Sequence record: OP352608
DNA length: 64,000 nt
Direction: 5' to 3' (one strand)
Source: Escherichia phage vB_EcoM_SP13
Shown in pieces: positions 18,723 through 29,580 of this stretch. The position numbers and the translations under genes are program-made. Each line of letters opens with the position of its first letter. The first letter of the stretch is position 1. The notes under the pieces are model-generated. The model worked only from the letters and a program-made list of their open reading frames with translations, had not been told where the DNA came from and did no database searches.

Positions 18723-20903
18723 GTGTCTGACTCATTAGAAAAATTTGTGCTTCAATATACGGTGGACTTGAAAGAGTCCATCAATCGTCTTGAGCAATTG
18801 CAAGATAAAGTTGATCAGACAAACAAAAAGGCGAAATCCGCTGGAAAAGATTTCTCTGGAGCATTCAAAGATGTTTTTGGCGAGCTAAAGCCGCTCACTG
18901 GTGAGCTAGGGTCAATCGACGGAATACTTGCGCGGCTGACATATCGTTTTGCCGCGCTTGTTCCTGTGGTAGCAGGATTGGCTGTCGTTGTCAAATCCAT
19001 CGTTGATGTTCGAAAAGAATACGAAGCGCAAAGAAAGCTTGGTTTTGAAGCCGGACTCTCTCCAATGGGTGTCGAACAACTACAACGACAGTTGAATGAA
19101 AGTTCAGGTGGCATCCTTGGCGCACAGGGGTCGCGCGATTTAATCAGCAAAGCTTCTAATTTGGCATTCAATGCATACACCAACCCTGATGTGATGAACA
19201 AGGACAACTTGTTGCTGAACAAGATGGGGACAAGTCCTTTCAATAGTAACGGCGGCATCAAAGACACGAATCAGCTGCTTGATGAAATTGGAACAAAGCT
19301 GAGAAGTGTTAATGAGCAAACCGCTCGTGCCATTGGTGCTCTGGCAGGATTCACGGCTGATGAAGTCCGCGCCCTTCGTGAGCGCAACCAGTCTGTGAAA
19401 GAAAGCACGCGCATAAGTGACGAAGAAACCGCGAAGCTGCAAAGACAGCAAGCTGCTCTTGAGACTATACGAAATAGTATGGGGCAAATTCAAGAAGATT
19501 GGCGGCGTATTGAACTGGTCATCGGTGAAAACGTTATGCCTGCATTCTCGACGCTTGTCAGCAAAACCGCCGATACAGTCGAAGGATTCCAGATGATGTT
19601 CCAAAGAATGTCCGATGGGTGGTCTGAATTCGTCGACAATTTCATCGCTGACTTGAAACATCCGTTCGACAAGCAGGCCGCTGTCAACGAGCGTCACGAG
19701 CGTGCCGTTGATAGATGGATCACGCAGATGGCAGACGGCGATGTGAAACGCCAGAGGAACCAGGAGCAAAACGCTGCTGAACAACGCTCTGCACAGGCTC
19801 TTTTTACTCGCGATATCAACCTGTTTTCAAGTGCCGTTTCAACCTTTGCTGGCGTGATTGATGAGCGTCAAGCTTGGGCGGCATGGGCAGGTGAAATCGG
19901 GCGCAGCGCAGGGCAATCCGCGATGCCTGGAACACCAGCATTGAATACTGGCGCGACCGTAGGGAATAATCTTGGGTCAGGGAATCCGACAGCATACGAC
20001 TCAATATATGAGGAAGCTTCAAAACGCTATGGTATACCTGTTGCGATGATGAAGGCCGTAACAGAAGTCGAATCTGGATTCAACCCCAATGCCGTAAGCG
20101 GAGCAGGTGCGACCGGACTGATGCAAATCATGCCTTCCAACTTCAAGGGTCTTGGTATCACAGACGGCAACGACCCTAGACAAAACATTATGGGCGGCGC
20201 TCAACTGTTGAAAGAGTATTTAAACGCTGCCAACGGCGATTGGAATCTTGCGCTGACGATGTATCACGGTGGCTACGACCGCAGCGGCTGGGGCAAGAAT
20301 ACACGCGCTTATCCTGGAAAGGTCATGGCAGCTCTCGACCGACAATCCAATGGTGAGTATGCCACGGCAGCGCCGCAAGGTGCACCAGTTACTCCAGTAC
20401 TTAGCGGTAGCGGAGCGGAAGCACCAAAGGGCCGTTATGCACCAGTACAAGGTCAATCGCGCCAAACGGTGCAATACAGGCAATTGCAAGAAGCCATTGC
20501 AGGATACCTGAACGTACCAGTTGAGCAGTTGATGCAGGGACAAGTCAACAAAGGTGATATTGACTTTGCTCAAACTTACCTTAAGCTTGGAACGCAAAGG
20601 GATTATATTAAAAACATGCAACTGGCTTCAACTCCAGGTGTAAGACCGAACATTCAAGCCGAAGCGATGAAAAACGCTCGTCTTGCTGCATTCCAACTTG
20701 AAGCATTCCAGAAATACGGCGGCGACCTTTCCGCGAATAGTCGACCTGGTGGGCGTGATATTACTATGGGTCAGAAAAACGTTGTCATCAACGTCAACGG
20801 CGCTCAAGACCCACGCAGCACGGCATTCGAAACGAAACGAGTGCTTGAACAAGATGATATCAACGACATAAACAACCTTACTGCTACACCTTTGAAGTGG
20901 TGA
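18723..20903 (+). CDS. tail tape measure protein with lytic transglycosylase (SLT) domain
   Basis: 726 aa, coiled-coil N-terminal half; C-terminal SLT motif EVESGFNPNAVSGAGATGLMQIMP; GTG start. Confidence 0.7.
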   Translation: MSDSLEKFVLQYTVDLKESINRLEQLQDKVDQTNKKAKSAGKDFSGAFKDVFGELKPLTGELGSIDGILARLTYRFAALVPVVAGLAVVVKSIVDVRKEYEAQRKLGFEAGLSPMGVEQLQRQLNESSGGILGAQGSRDLISKASNLAFNAYTNPDVMNKDNLLLNKMGTSPFNSNGGIKDTNQLLDEIGTKLRSVNEQTARAIGALAGFTADEVRALRERNQSVKESTRISDEETAKLQRQQAALETIRNSMGQIQEDWRRIELVIGENVMPAFSTLVSKTADTVEGFQMMFQRMSDGWSEFVDNFIADLKHPFDKQAAVNERHERAVDRWITQMADGDVKRQRNQEQNAAEQRSAQALFTRDINLFSSAVSTFAGVIDERQAWAAWAGEIGRSAGQSAMPGTPALNTGATVGNNLGSGNPTAYDSIYEEASKRYGIPVAMMKAVTEVESGFNPNAVSGAGATGLMQIMPSNFKGLGITDGNDPRQNIMGGAQLLKEYLNAANGDWNLALTMYHGGYDRSGWGKNTRAYPGKVMAALDRQSNGEYATAAPQGAPVTPVLSGSGAEAPKGRYAPVQGQSRQTVQYRQLQEAIAGYLNVPVEQLMQGQVNKGDIDFAQTYLKLGTQRDYIKNMQLASTPGVRPNIQAEAMKNARLAAFQLEAFQKYGGDLSANSRPGGRDITMGQKNVVINVNGAQDPRSTAFETKRVLEQDDINDINNLTATPLKW

Positions 20904-20907
20904 TAAT

Positions 20908-21780
20908 TTGAAAAAGAGAATCCTTAAAGTCACCTTATCTATGCCGGATGGCACAAGCCAAGTGCTTGATGAAGGATTGATGCTTAGATGCCGAATCAAA
21001 AAGGCAGCACTTTCCGTGCAAAATAAGGCCACAATCGAAGTCGCAGGATTGACAGGGTACTTGAGAGAGTACCTGCTTTCCAACTTCACCGCATTCAACA
21101 AACGTCTGCGTGATCAAGGTCAATTGGCGGCGAATTATGTCAACGTAACAATTGAAGCTGGATATAGAGAAGGCAACGTTGTTAGTAGCAACTTAGTCTA
21201 CAAGGGGCAAGTCACAACGGTCGAGATAACAGCGCCGCCGCCGAACATCGTCATACGCATCACTTGCTACACCAACCAGATAAACAGGACTAAGTTTATC
21301 ACTCAAGCTGCACCGTCAAACCCAACATTCAAAGAGTTTGTGGAGTGGTCGGCAAAGCAAATGGATATTGATACTGTTATATGCGATACTTCGATTAACA
21401 ATCAGCGCCTTGTTAACCCAGGCCGCACAACATATGTTGCAGCCGCCTTGTTGCTTGAGATTCAGAACTATCAAAGGAACTCTATTGCGGCATATATCGA
21501 TGATGATACGCTCATCGTCAAGGATAAAGACAAAATTCTGAATCCAGAACAGATAACGGTGATTGAGGAATTTGTCGGAATACCGATGTGGAACGAGTGG
21601 GGCGCTGACTTCACTTGCATGTATAACGCGGATTTGAAGCTTGCCCAAGGTGTGAAATTCAAATCAGTCTTAAACCCAAGCTTGAACGACACCACATTCG
21701 TCATCATGCAACTTGAATATGATTTAGCAAGTCGTGATGACATATTTACGGTGACGGGCGGCGTTGCACCATCGGCCTAA
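20908..21780 (+). CDS. hypothetical tail/baseplate protein
   Basis: TTG start right after tape measure; synteny. Confidence 0.35.
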   Translation: MKKRILKVTLSMPDGTSQVLDEGLMLRCRIKKAALSVQNKATIEVAGLTGYLREYLLSNFTAFNKRLRDQGQLAANYVNVTIEAGYREGNVVSSNLVYKGQVTTVEITAPPPNIVIRITCYTNQINRTKFITQAAPSNPTFKEFVEWSAKQMDIDTVICDTSINNQRLVNPGRTTYVAAALLLEIQNYQRNSIAAYIDDDTLIVKDKDKILNPEQITVIEEFVGIPMWNEWGADFTCMYNADLKLAQGVKFKSVLNPSLNDTTFVIMQLEYDLASRDDIFTVTGGVAPSA

Positions 21781-21782
21781 AT

Positions 21783-22304
21783 ATGAGAAAGAATAAAGTA
21801 ATTGATTTGTTTGGAGTTACTTATGAAATACATCAATTCAGCGCAATAGATGCGTTTGAAATGGTTGATGCGATAAGCATATTAACTCCACTTGAATTAT
21901 TAAGTGAATGTCATGTTATTAAATATGACGGAACTAAAGTCAGATTAAATTCTGAGAAGGCCATCAGTGAAGAAGTGAAAAGTGTGCCAAATCACTTGCC
22001 GCCCAACCTTGTATTGAAAGTTCTAATGGAAGCGGTAAAGAAGCACAATTTTGGATTCCTCAGTGATTGGAAAGGCACTAAGATTCCAAATAGATTCTTG
22101 GCTGACGTTCCGACCGTGGAGCCTAATTATCTTGAGCCGATGGTTGCAAGCCTAATAAACAATGGTCTTGCTTCGTTAAAAGAATTGGAAGAATATTATT
22201 CATTGCGTGATGCATTCGCTATGTTTGATGGACTAATAGCAAAATCACTTAATGAAGCCTACTCAAACGAAGCTGCCATTAAAGAATCAAAGTCAAATCG
22301 CTAA
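21783..22304 (+). CDS. hypothetical protein
   Basis: 173-aa ORF; followed by inverted repeat and promoter-like box. Confidence 0.35.
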   Translation: MRKNKVIDLFGVTYEIHQFSAIDAFEMVDAISILTPLELLSECHVIKYDGTKVRLNSEKAISEEVKSVPNHLPPNLVLKVLMEAVKKHNFGFLSDWKGTKIPNRFLADVPTVEPNYLEPMVASLINNGLASLKELEEYYSLRDAFAMFDGLIAKSLNEAYSNEAAIKESKSNR

Positions 22305-22308
22305 AATA

Positions 22309-22337
22309 TTGCTTATAGACTCCTTATAGATTATAAT
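22309..22337 (+). promoter_or_regulatory. sigma70-like promoter TTGCTT-N17-TATAAT inside tail module
   Basis: -35 at 22309-22314, -10 at 22332-22337; overlaps left arm of a 14-bp perfect inverted repeat (22315-22328 / 22350-22363). Confidence 0.4.
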
Positions 22338-22364
22338 TTGTTGATCAGATATAAGGAGTCTATG

Positions 22365-23090
22365 ATGGCAGAAAAGTTAACCCAACTTACAAGCCCCAAC
22401 CAAACTGACAAATCAAGTATGTTTGCCGCGCTGCAGGGAATGCTGGACCGTGGCAAGTATACCACTGACGGCATGATTCCTGCACAAGTAATATCTTATG
22501 ACCGCAAACAGAATTTAGCAGTCATAAAGCCTGTTATTCATTTCGTAAGTCTTGATGATAAACCAGTGGAGCGTCAACCCCTGGTGTCAATTCCTGTGTT
22601 GGCAATCGGCGGCGGCGGCTTTGTAATCAACTTTCCTCTGAAAGAGGGTGATTTGGGCTGGATATTCGCTGGCGACCGCGAGTTGTCGACATTCCTTGAA
22701 GAATTGAAGCCGACCGCGCCTACCAATGGTCGCGCGAAAACTTTCGCTGATGGACTGTTCATACCGGATGTATTTCGAAAATACACCATAAGCGGAGAGG
22801 ATGCAGGCTCAATGGTAATCCAGTCACTCAGCGGCGCTGTCCGCATTGCATTAAGTGATGACTCGATAAACATAACTGCATCCGCTGGAGTAAATGTGAA
22901 AACACCAATAACCACTATCGACCAACAATTGATAGTTAATGGAAAGGCAACGTTCAATGGTGGTATAGAAGGGAAAGAAGGAACGACGGCAACGCTTCCG
23001 ACTGGCACAACAATCGGCGGCATAAATGTATCCACTCACGGTCACATAGGTAACGGACCTGGAAACAGAACTGGGGATATGATAGAATGA
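22365..23090 (+). CDS. baseplate central spike / gp138-like protein (putative)
   Basis: AAGGAG RBS; N-terminal region resembles phage baseplate spike N-domains; C-terminal HGH motif. Confidence 0.4.
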   Translation: MAEKLTQLTSPNQTDKSSMFAALQGMLDRGKYTTDGMIPAQVISYDRKQNLAVIKPVIHFVSLDDKPVERQPLVSIPVLAIGGGGFVINFPLKEGDLGWIFAGDRELSTFLEELKPTAPTNGRAKTFADGLFIPDVFRKYTISGEDAGSMVIQSLSGAVRIALSDDSINITASAGVNVKTPITTIDQQLIVNGKATFNGGIEGKEGTTATLPTGTTIGGINVSTHGHIGNGPGNRTGDMIE

Positions 23091-24358
23091 GTGCACAATA
23101 TTCTTACATAGTAAGCACTGGTGTAATAACCATCGACACAGCCGATTTGCTGGCTGACGTTCAAAGTGAATGGATTGAGTCATTAGGGGTCGGGCTTGAC
23201 GTTGATGCATCGACACCGCAAGGCACCCTAATCGCGACAGAGACTTTGGCAAGAACTTCAGTCATGAAGAACAACGCCGAGCTGGGAAGTCTCATCAACC
23301 CTAATTATTCATATGGCGTATACCTTGATGCCATCGCGGCATTGCTTGGTATTGAGCGAACGAAAAACATCAGCACGATGTTGAAAGGAATTACCGCAGA
23401 AGGAACGCCGCTGTTGGAAATTCCTGCTGGAAGTTTGCTGACGGATTCAAACGGCACATACTGGTATGTTCTTGAAGACGTTCAAATCACTTCGACTGGC
23501 AAGACAAGCAACATGACTCTTGCATCAAAAGATTATGGCTCATTTACTGTTGCCCCTGATGAAGAGTTTACAGTGGTGCAAGGATATGACGTCATCGGAT
23601 GGTCAAGAACGTATTCAACATCAGCAACGACGACCGTACCAGGTACGCAATACATGGGCGACGGAGCGTTAAAGGCCGCTCGCGTAAAGCGCCTTTACCA
23701 GCAGGGAATTGCATCGCTTGGTGCTATTCGCGCTCGCGCCATGTCGGTCGACGGCGTGGAATCGGTGATGGTCGTGGAGAACGACACGGGATTGCCTGGA
23801 ACGGTGCGCGGCATCACCTTTTCAACGCCTAACGGTGTCTGGGTGTGCGCAAGCGGAACGTTCGATAAGCAAGTTTTTGCTGAGACTATTTTCAAGGCAA
23901 AGATGGGCGGCCAGCCGTGGGACTTTGGTGCTACCAACCAGGGTGATCCAGTCAACTCGCCTGATGGAATAGAAGTTGTCGACGAAGAATCGCAACTGTC
24001 TTATTTCGTAAAGTTCAACACTGCTGTCATATATGACTTGTATGTCGATATTACTGTTGTAAGAGGCACCGCAACCGCCGATGCCGAATCTATTATTGCC
24101 GCTGTGTTGAATTACGGTAATGGAAATTTTAACGGCGAGCAAGGATATGCAGTGGGCCAATCTCAATCTTCTTTTGAGATTGCTTCAGCAGTGTCTTGCG
24201 AGTATCCAGGTCTGTACATTAAAGATTGCAAAATTGCAGCAGTAAAAAGCGGACAGGCAGCGCCAAATTATCCATCCGATTACGGCAGCGAGTGGATTGC
24301 CAATCCTTGGGATAAGGCTAATACTATGCGCGGCTTCATCAACGTTAAATTTGTGTGA
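23087..24358 (+). CDS. baseplate J-like protein (putative)
   Basis: 423 aa, position after spike; resembles baseplate J / gp47 family by composition and synteny. Confidence 0.45.
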   Translation: MSAQYSYIVSTGVITIDTADLLADVQSEWIESLGVGLDVDASTPQGTLIATETLARTSVMKNNAELGSLINPNYSYGVYLDAIAALLGIERTKNISTMLKGITAEGTPLLEIPAGSLLTDSNGTYWYVLEDVQITSTGKTSNMTLASKDYGSFTVAPDEEFTVVQGYDVIGWSRTYSTSATTTVPGTQYMGDGALKAARVKRLYQQGIASLGAIRARAMSVDGVESVMVVENDTGLPGTVRGITFSTPNGVWVCASGTFDKQVFAETIFKAKMGGQPWDFGATNQGDPVNSPDGIEVVDEESQLSYFVKFNTAVIYDLYVDITVVRGTATADAESIIAAVLNYGNGNFNGEQGYAVGQSQSSFEIASAVSCEYPGLYIKDCKIAAVKSGQAAPNYPSDYGSEWIANPWDKANTMRGFINVKFV

Positions 24359-24364
24359 GGAACT

Positions 24365-27103
24365 ATGCAAAAGTTTGACACAAACCTGTTGCAAAACCTT
24401 AAGTGGATGCAGAACAATGCGCCAAACATTACATCTTTGGTGCAAAAGAAAAGTGACTGGTATGAAAGATACCAAGATCAGTTTTGGACTGACTGGTACA
24501 ATAACATTTTTAACATTGACACTTGTGATGCAATGGGCATTTATATTTGGTGCGACATTCTTTGCATACCAAGAGACTTTGTGGACTTAAGCAATTATGA
24601 GCACAACTGGGCGTTTGGACCGACGCGCGACAACTTTGAAGGTGCGGACAACATCGGCGGCAACTTCTTTGGTGCTGGCGGGAAGGTTGTAAAGAATATC
24701 GAAGAAGCGCGCATACTTCTTAAGCTTCGTTATCTGACGCTTACAAGTGATGGCCGCATCGAAAGTATCAATCGCATGCTTAAGTGGATTTTCAACCGTG
24801 GAGAGGCTTGGGATTACTCTTCATCACGCTACGCATATGTGACCGACAATACTCAAGGCGCAGTGTCTTCGTCTGAATCAACCAATGGCTCATTCCTTCT
24901 GTACGACTGGCAAGGGTCAACTGAGATTCAGCACGATTATAAGCAGATACTTTTAAGCCATGGCAACAACGCCGGACTGACCATCAGCGGAGTATCAGGC
25001 ACCGTGTCACGGATGGCGCATCCAGATTGGTACTCATGGGGGAATGGCTCCGGCACAGGTCTTGTCGGCGGCGACACCAGACAGTATGGCGGCCCTGATT
25101 ACTATGGACAGTTGTGTGGTGATTACCCAGGCGAGGCCATAGAGAATTTTGCCAACGCAGTAAGGGTAGTCAAGACTGCTTCAAGCGGTGAGCCTGTGTA
25201 TTCTTTGGCAGATAATCCAAGCGCCCAATCCATTGCGCTTCCTTCGCAGGCTGGCGTTAACGTTTGTTATAGCTTCTACATAAAGGTGCTTTCTGAAAAT
25301 GTCGCTTCTGTTTCGGTTACAGAGAATAGTGATGCATCTAGTAATGGAAAGTTGTTTGACCCAGTCACTGGGCAGTTCAACTTGGACCCGTATTTGAGCT
25401 ATTTCATCACAGGCAAATTCGATGGAGTAAGAAGGGAATCAAGCCGTGGTGGCATCAAAGCAATCGGCGGCGATTGGTATCGAATCTGGATTGTAGAGCA
25501 GACGGCAACCGCTGCGTCTGGAGTAAGTACCAGCTTTTCAATAGAGTTGAAGGCGACTGCCGCTGGATCAACTCAAACTCGTGAATTGCCTGAAGGGTCT
25601 GATGCACTTCTTTTTGGATACTCGATTTGCGTCTGCGACCCTGTTCAGAATCCAAATGGACCTGAGCCTTATTTTTATGGAACGCAAAACCCTCCTTCTG
25701 ACGGAACAGCAATACTGTCTGTAACGGCGGGAACGCTCAACAACATCTCCTGTGCAAACGGACCGCTGACGACAAGAAACGGTGTGGTTGGCGAGTCATT
25801 CATGCAACCTGGCTCATCACTTGCATACTCTGGCTCAATCGGCGGCTACCCGTACCCAGGGAACGCCACATTGATTGCAGAGACTGACGGCATCAGACGC
25901 TCATGGAACGTTAGCAGGCTTGATGGAGTACCGCCGCCGCCGACCGCTGACTATTACATGGAATACGTCATCGGACCTTATTTCGCCAACAACCTGTCAG
26001 ACAACTTTAAGACGCTAGTTGGCGACAGGGATGAAGGATTCTTGCCAGCAAATGCCGGAATACGCTGGCAGCTTTACCAAGAAGTCGCAGACTTATCTGA
26101 TATTGATTTGACTGTCAGCAACATAACAGACACGCGAGTAGGATTTGAAACGGAAGGTGTTGCTTGGATTAACACTGACGGTATCATCAGAGTTGGCGGC
26201 ATTAACGAGTGGCCGCTGAACAACTTCAACGGTGTGATACGCCAGCTTGAATCTTTGAAAGGTGTAAACCAGGTCATCGACGGCGCGCTTGTCAACGACT
26301 ATTCAATCTCAAAAGCATCAAGAGATGACTTTGGTCGTGAAATCCCACGTGCCGCAATCACTAACTACTGGAGATACACACAGCCCAATGACGGCACATC
26401 TTTTGGCAATATCATTGAGGATGGCGCAAACACGGTCACAGCGACGCCAATCAGCGGTGTACCCAACCAGTTCCCATCATTCAAGCTTTCCGCTACAATA
26501 GGGACTGTGCCAGCGTCCGGTTATGCACGCGCTGTACTTGCTACTAAATACACTGGCACCCTGACTGGTCCTTTATCATTCATTGCGGTAGTCAAAAACA
26601 ACACGGTTAACGGTCAAAAACTTTTTGTAACTGTACCGGATGGGATGGGTGGCTATATCCCTAAATTCTACAACATAGGCGCAGGTGATTTGCAACGTAT
26701 CGAAATTGACCTTGCCGCTGAGATTGTTGAAGGCGCTACCTGGGATGGATCAACAGGCGGCATCAGCATCGGTTTGATATCAGGGAAAGACTTGCCGACC
26801 GAAGTTGGTACGACTCTTGAACTTGATATTTTAAGCTTGATGCTTGTGTCTGGTAATACGATGAATGCGCTTGCAATTTCAACAAGCGAAGATTTCGCAA
26901 AGAAGACTGCGACTTCTATATACATCAAAAACCCAGGATCACTTGCCACTGGAGTTCAATTGATTGCTTCTAATGGTGATGTTGTAGCAACAGTAAACTT
27001 TCCGAGAAGTGCTGCTGGTGGTTATGTTTCAAGCATGAACATAACTGACTTAACTGGTGATTGGGCATCAACCCTTTTATCAAAAATTAAATACATCGTG
27101 TAG
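24365..27103 (+). CDS. baseplate wedge / tail fibre-associated protein
   Basis: 912-aa protein between baseplate J and tail fibre genes. Confidence 0.4.
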   Translation: MQKFDTNLLQNLKWMQNNAPNITSLVQKKSDWYERYQDQFWTDWYNNIFNIDTCDAMGIYIWCDILCIPRDFVDLSNYEHNWAFGPTRDNFEGADNIGGNFFGAGGKVVKNIEEARILLKLRYLTLTSDGRIESINRMLKWIFNRGEAWDYSSSRYAYVTDNTQGAVSSSESTNGSFLLYDWQGSTEIQHDYKQILLSHGNNAGLTISGVSGTVSRMAHPDWYSWGNGSGTGLVGGDTRQYGGPDYYGQLCGDYPGEAIENFANAVRVVKTASSGEPVYSLADNPSAQSIALPSQAGVNVCYSFYIKVLSENVASVSVTENSDASSNGKLFDPVTGQFNLDPYLSYFITGKFDGVRRESSRGGIKAIGGDWYRIWIVEQTATAASGVSTSFSIELKATAAGSTQTRELPEGSDALLFGYSICVCDPVQNPNGPEPYFYGTQNPPSDGTAILSVTAGTLNNISCANGPLTTRNGVVGESFMQPGSSLAYSGSIGGYPYPGNATLIAETDGIRRSWNVSRLDGVPPPPTADYYMEYVIGPYFANNLSDNFKTLVGDRDEGFLPANAGIRWQLYQEVADLSDIDLTVSNITDTRVGFETEGVAWINTDGIIRVGGINEWPLNNFNGVIRQLESLKGVNQVIDGALVNDYSISKASRDDFGREIPRAAITNYWRYTQPNDGTSFGNIIEDGANTVTATPISGVPNQFPSFKLSATIGTVPASGYARAVLATKYTGTLTGPLSFIAVVKNNTVNGQKLFVTVPDGMGGYIPKFYNIGAGDLQRIEIDLAAEIVEGATWDGSTGGISIGLISGKDLPTEVGTTLELDILSLMLVSGNTMNALAISTSEDFAKKTATSIYIKNPGSLATGVQLIASNGDVVATVNFPRSAAGGYVSSMNITDLTGDWASTLLSKIKYIV

Positions 27104-27113
27104 AGGAACGGCA

Positions 27114-28898
27114 ATGCCAACACTTATTAACAGACCTTTCGCGCAAAGCGGTGATGTATCCGTGGTGCCGGATGCAAGTCCAAGCGGTTATGTGAACTTC
27201 CAGCGCGGCTACACCCCTGACTATGCACTTGCGCTGGAAGCCGGAAACGTCGCCGCGAAAGCAGTTGAACGTGAGTCGATGAACTGGTTGCTGAATCTGA
27301 TCACCGACAACCTTATGTTCATCCAGGACCACGGCGCTCAACAGTATTTCTCGTCTGACTTGAAGCCAGATGGATACCCGAAAAATGCCATCGTTGTCAG
27401 CAACTCTGGCACCCCTTCAGCGCCTGAATGGCGCATTTTCCAGAGTGTGGTAGACGGCAACACCAGCGCAGTCCCAGCTAACGGCGAAACGGAATCTTGG
27501 CAGGAATTGACGCTGCCTAGCGAAGCGAGAAAATATATTCCTATGCCTGCTGGCGGCGATGCGCAAAACCCGTATTTTGTTCGCGGACTGATTTCAAACT
27601 TTGTGGACTTTGATAATATCACGACTTCCACAACTATTGTCATTCAATCTGATGCCGTTGCCGCTCTCTGCTCTAACATCCCGAACGCGGTTGGTGCGAC
27701 GAAGGTTGCAGGTCGTCTCCAGGTTTGCGCTTGGCAGGTTGATGCGCAGACTTTCGCCCTGCAACAATACACGTCAATGAACGGATATGTTTTCACCCGC
27801 TCTTATACTTCTGGTGCTTGGAGTGCTTGGATTCAAAATGCAACTGTTCAAGACGTGCAAATCGGCACGCCGAATCTTGCATCAGGTAAAGGCGCACAAG
27901 ATATAATCCTTACCGTTCCGGCAGGTTATGCATGGCCGCCGTCAGCAGGTAGTCGCCTGACAATTGTCAATGATGTAACGACTACCGGACCTGTTACCGT
28001 GACCATTGGTGCAAACAAAGTTGCAGTCCTTGGATTCGACGGCGGCGAGCTGCCAGCAGGGTCCATCGTCGGTCTTCTTCCTTTTACTATTATTTATGAC
28101 GGCACCGTTTGGCGTCTTCTTCAAGCATTCGGCGCGGCGCAAATCGGTGTCGATGCTAGTGAGCCGCAACAGTTTGTTACAAAGCGCCAACTCGATGCTT
28201 TGGCTGCGAAATTGATAACTATGGGTGATGTATTCGAAGTCGGTGAGACTCGATTCTTGACTAATGGCACTAACCCAAATACTAAACTGGGCGCTTATGG
28301 ACAGGTTTGGACCAGATTGCCTGACAACATGGTCATCAGGACATCTGGCACAGCAAGAAACGGCCTTGCCACTGGCGGCGCGGACTCTGTTACTCTTACC
28401 GCCGCCATGCTTCCTCTGCACAATCACAGCGTGAACATAACTACGCGACAGAGCGGTCCATGGTCCAATACCACTGGAGGCGCAGGCAACCATAACCACA
28501 CAGGCGATACCAGTCAAAACGGCGCTCACGTGCACGGAATGGATGCTGCTGGTAATCATCATCACGACAGTGGCTGGGGTGAGGCTTATGCAGACCAGGC
28601 TAGATACGGGGTGTATGATGGCACGCACAATAACCTTGGAAGTGCAAGGTCTGATTATGACAACTACAAATACAACACCTCGACTAACGGTAGCCACGTC
28701 CACAATATTCAATCTTCTGGGTCACACACCCATGGGTTGAATATAAATTTCGCTGGCAATCACAGCCATAGCTATACCCTTCCCGCTCACACTCACGATG
28801 TGGTCGGTAACACTGGCAATGCAGGGCAGTCCGTCCCAACGGCTGTTTCAACTCTGCCGCGATATGTCGTCTTGAACGGCTGGTACAGAAGCGCATAA
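27114..28898 (+). CDS. tail fibre protein with HxH repeats
   Basis: GAGGAA RBS; C-terminal region has many HxH motifs (NHNHTG, AHVHG, NHHHD, SHVHN, SHTHG, NHSHS, AHTHD) as in metal-binding fibre tips. Confidence 0.55.
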   Translation: MPTLINRPFAQSGDVSVVPDASPSGYVNFQRGYTPDYALALEAGNVAAKAVERESMNWLLNLITDNLMFIQDHGAQQYFSSDLKPDGYPKNAIVVSNSGTPSAPEWRIFQSVVDGNTSAVPANGETESWQELTLPSEARKYIPMPAGGDAQNPYFVRGLISNFVDFDNITTSTTIVIQSDAVAALCSNIPNAVGATKVAGRLQVCAWQVDAQTFALQQYTSMNGYVFTRSYTSGAWSAWIQNATVQDVQIGTPNLASGKGAQDIILTVPAGYAWPPSAGSRLTIVNDVTTTGPVTVTIGANKVAVLGFDGGELPAGSIVGLLPFTIIYDGTVWRLLQAFGAAQIGVDASEPQQFVTKRQLDALAAKLITMGDVFEVGETRFLTNGTNPNTKLGAYGQVWTRLPDNMVIRTSGTARNGLATGGADSVTLTAAMLPLHNHSVNITTRQSGPWSNTTGGAGNHNHTGDTSQNGAHVHGMDAAGNHHHDSGWGEAYADQARYGVYDGTHNNLGSARSDYDNYKYNTSTNGSHVHNIQSSGSHTHGLNINFAGNHSHSYTLPAHTHDVVGNTGNAGQSVPTAVSTLPRYVVLNGWYRSA

Positions 28899-28906
28899 GG
28901 TGATTT

Positions 28907-29551
28907 ATGATTAATGCAAACGTAATATCTAAAGGGACCGGATGCAGCATGGATGTTGCTGAAAAATGGGTCGACCCCTTCAAGCAGGCTTGTGAGCACT
29001 ACGGAATCAAAAGCAAGAATGCCATCGCGGCGTTGCTTGCAAACGTAGGAGTAGAAACAGGCAGTATGAAGACTTTTGTGGAGAACTTGAATTACTCCGC
29101 TCAAGGTCTTGCGAATACATGGCCTAGCCGTTACAGCGCCAGCGGTCGTTTCGGTGGCGCACCAAACTCCTTGGCATTGTCTATTGCCCGTAAACCAATG
29201 GAAATCGCCAATAATACATATGCAAACCGAATGGGCAATGGTTCGGTAGCATCTGGCGACGGTTGGAAGTACCGTGGCCGTGGTGCCATTCAGCTGACTG
29301 GAAAGGCTAACTATGCAGAGTATTCAAAGCAATCAGGGTATGATGCATTGAATAACCCTGACATTTTGACTGAGCCGAAACACATCGCTGACAGCGCGGC
29401 ATGGTTCTTCAAGAACAGCGGTTGCATCCCACTTGCTGATGCTGGCGCATTTGATTCGACTGTGAAGCGGATTAACGGGGCCGCGCCGAATACGGCTAAC
29501 CATGGAGATTTGCGACGGAAGCGTTACAAGGATGCACTAGCAGTTATGTAA
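28907..29551 (+). CDS. endolysin, glycoside hydrolase family 19-like
   Basis: YRGRGAIQLTGKANY motif characteristic of GH19 phage lysins; last gene of virion module. Confidence 0.6.
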   Translation: MINANVISKGTGCSMDVAEKWVDPFKQACEHYGIKSKNAIAALLANVGVETGSMKTFVENLNYSAQGLANTWPSRYSASGRFGGAPNSLALSIARKPMEIANNTYANRMGNGSVASGDGWKYRGRGAIQLTGKANYAEYSKQSGYDALNNPDILTEPKHIADSAAWFFKNSGCIPLADAGAFDSTVKRINGAAPNTANHGDLRRKRYKDALAVM

Positions 29552-29552
29552 G

Positions 29553-29580
29553 AAAAAGGCCCATATGGGCCTTTGTTTAT
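29553..29580. terminator. bidirectional rho-independent terminator
   Basis: Palindrome GGCCCATATGGGCC (29558-29571) flanked by A-run and T-run, between convergent genes. Confidence 0.65.
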
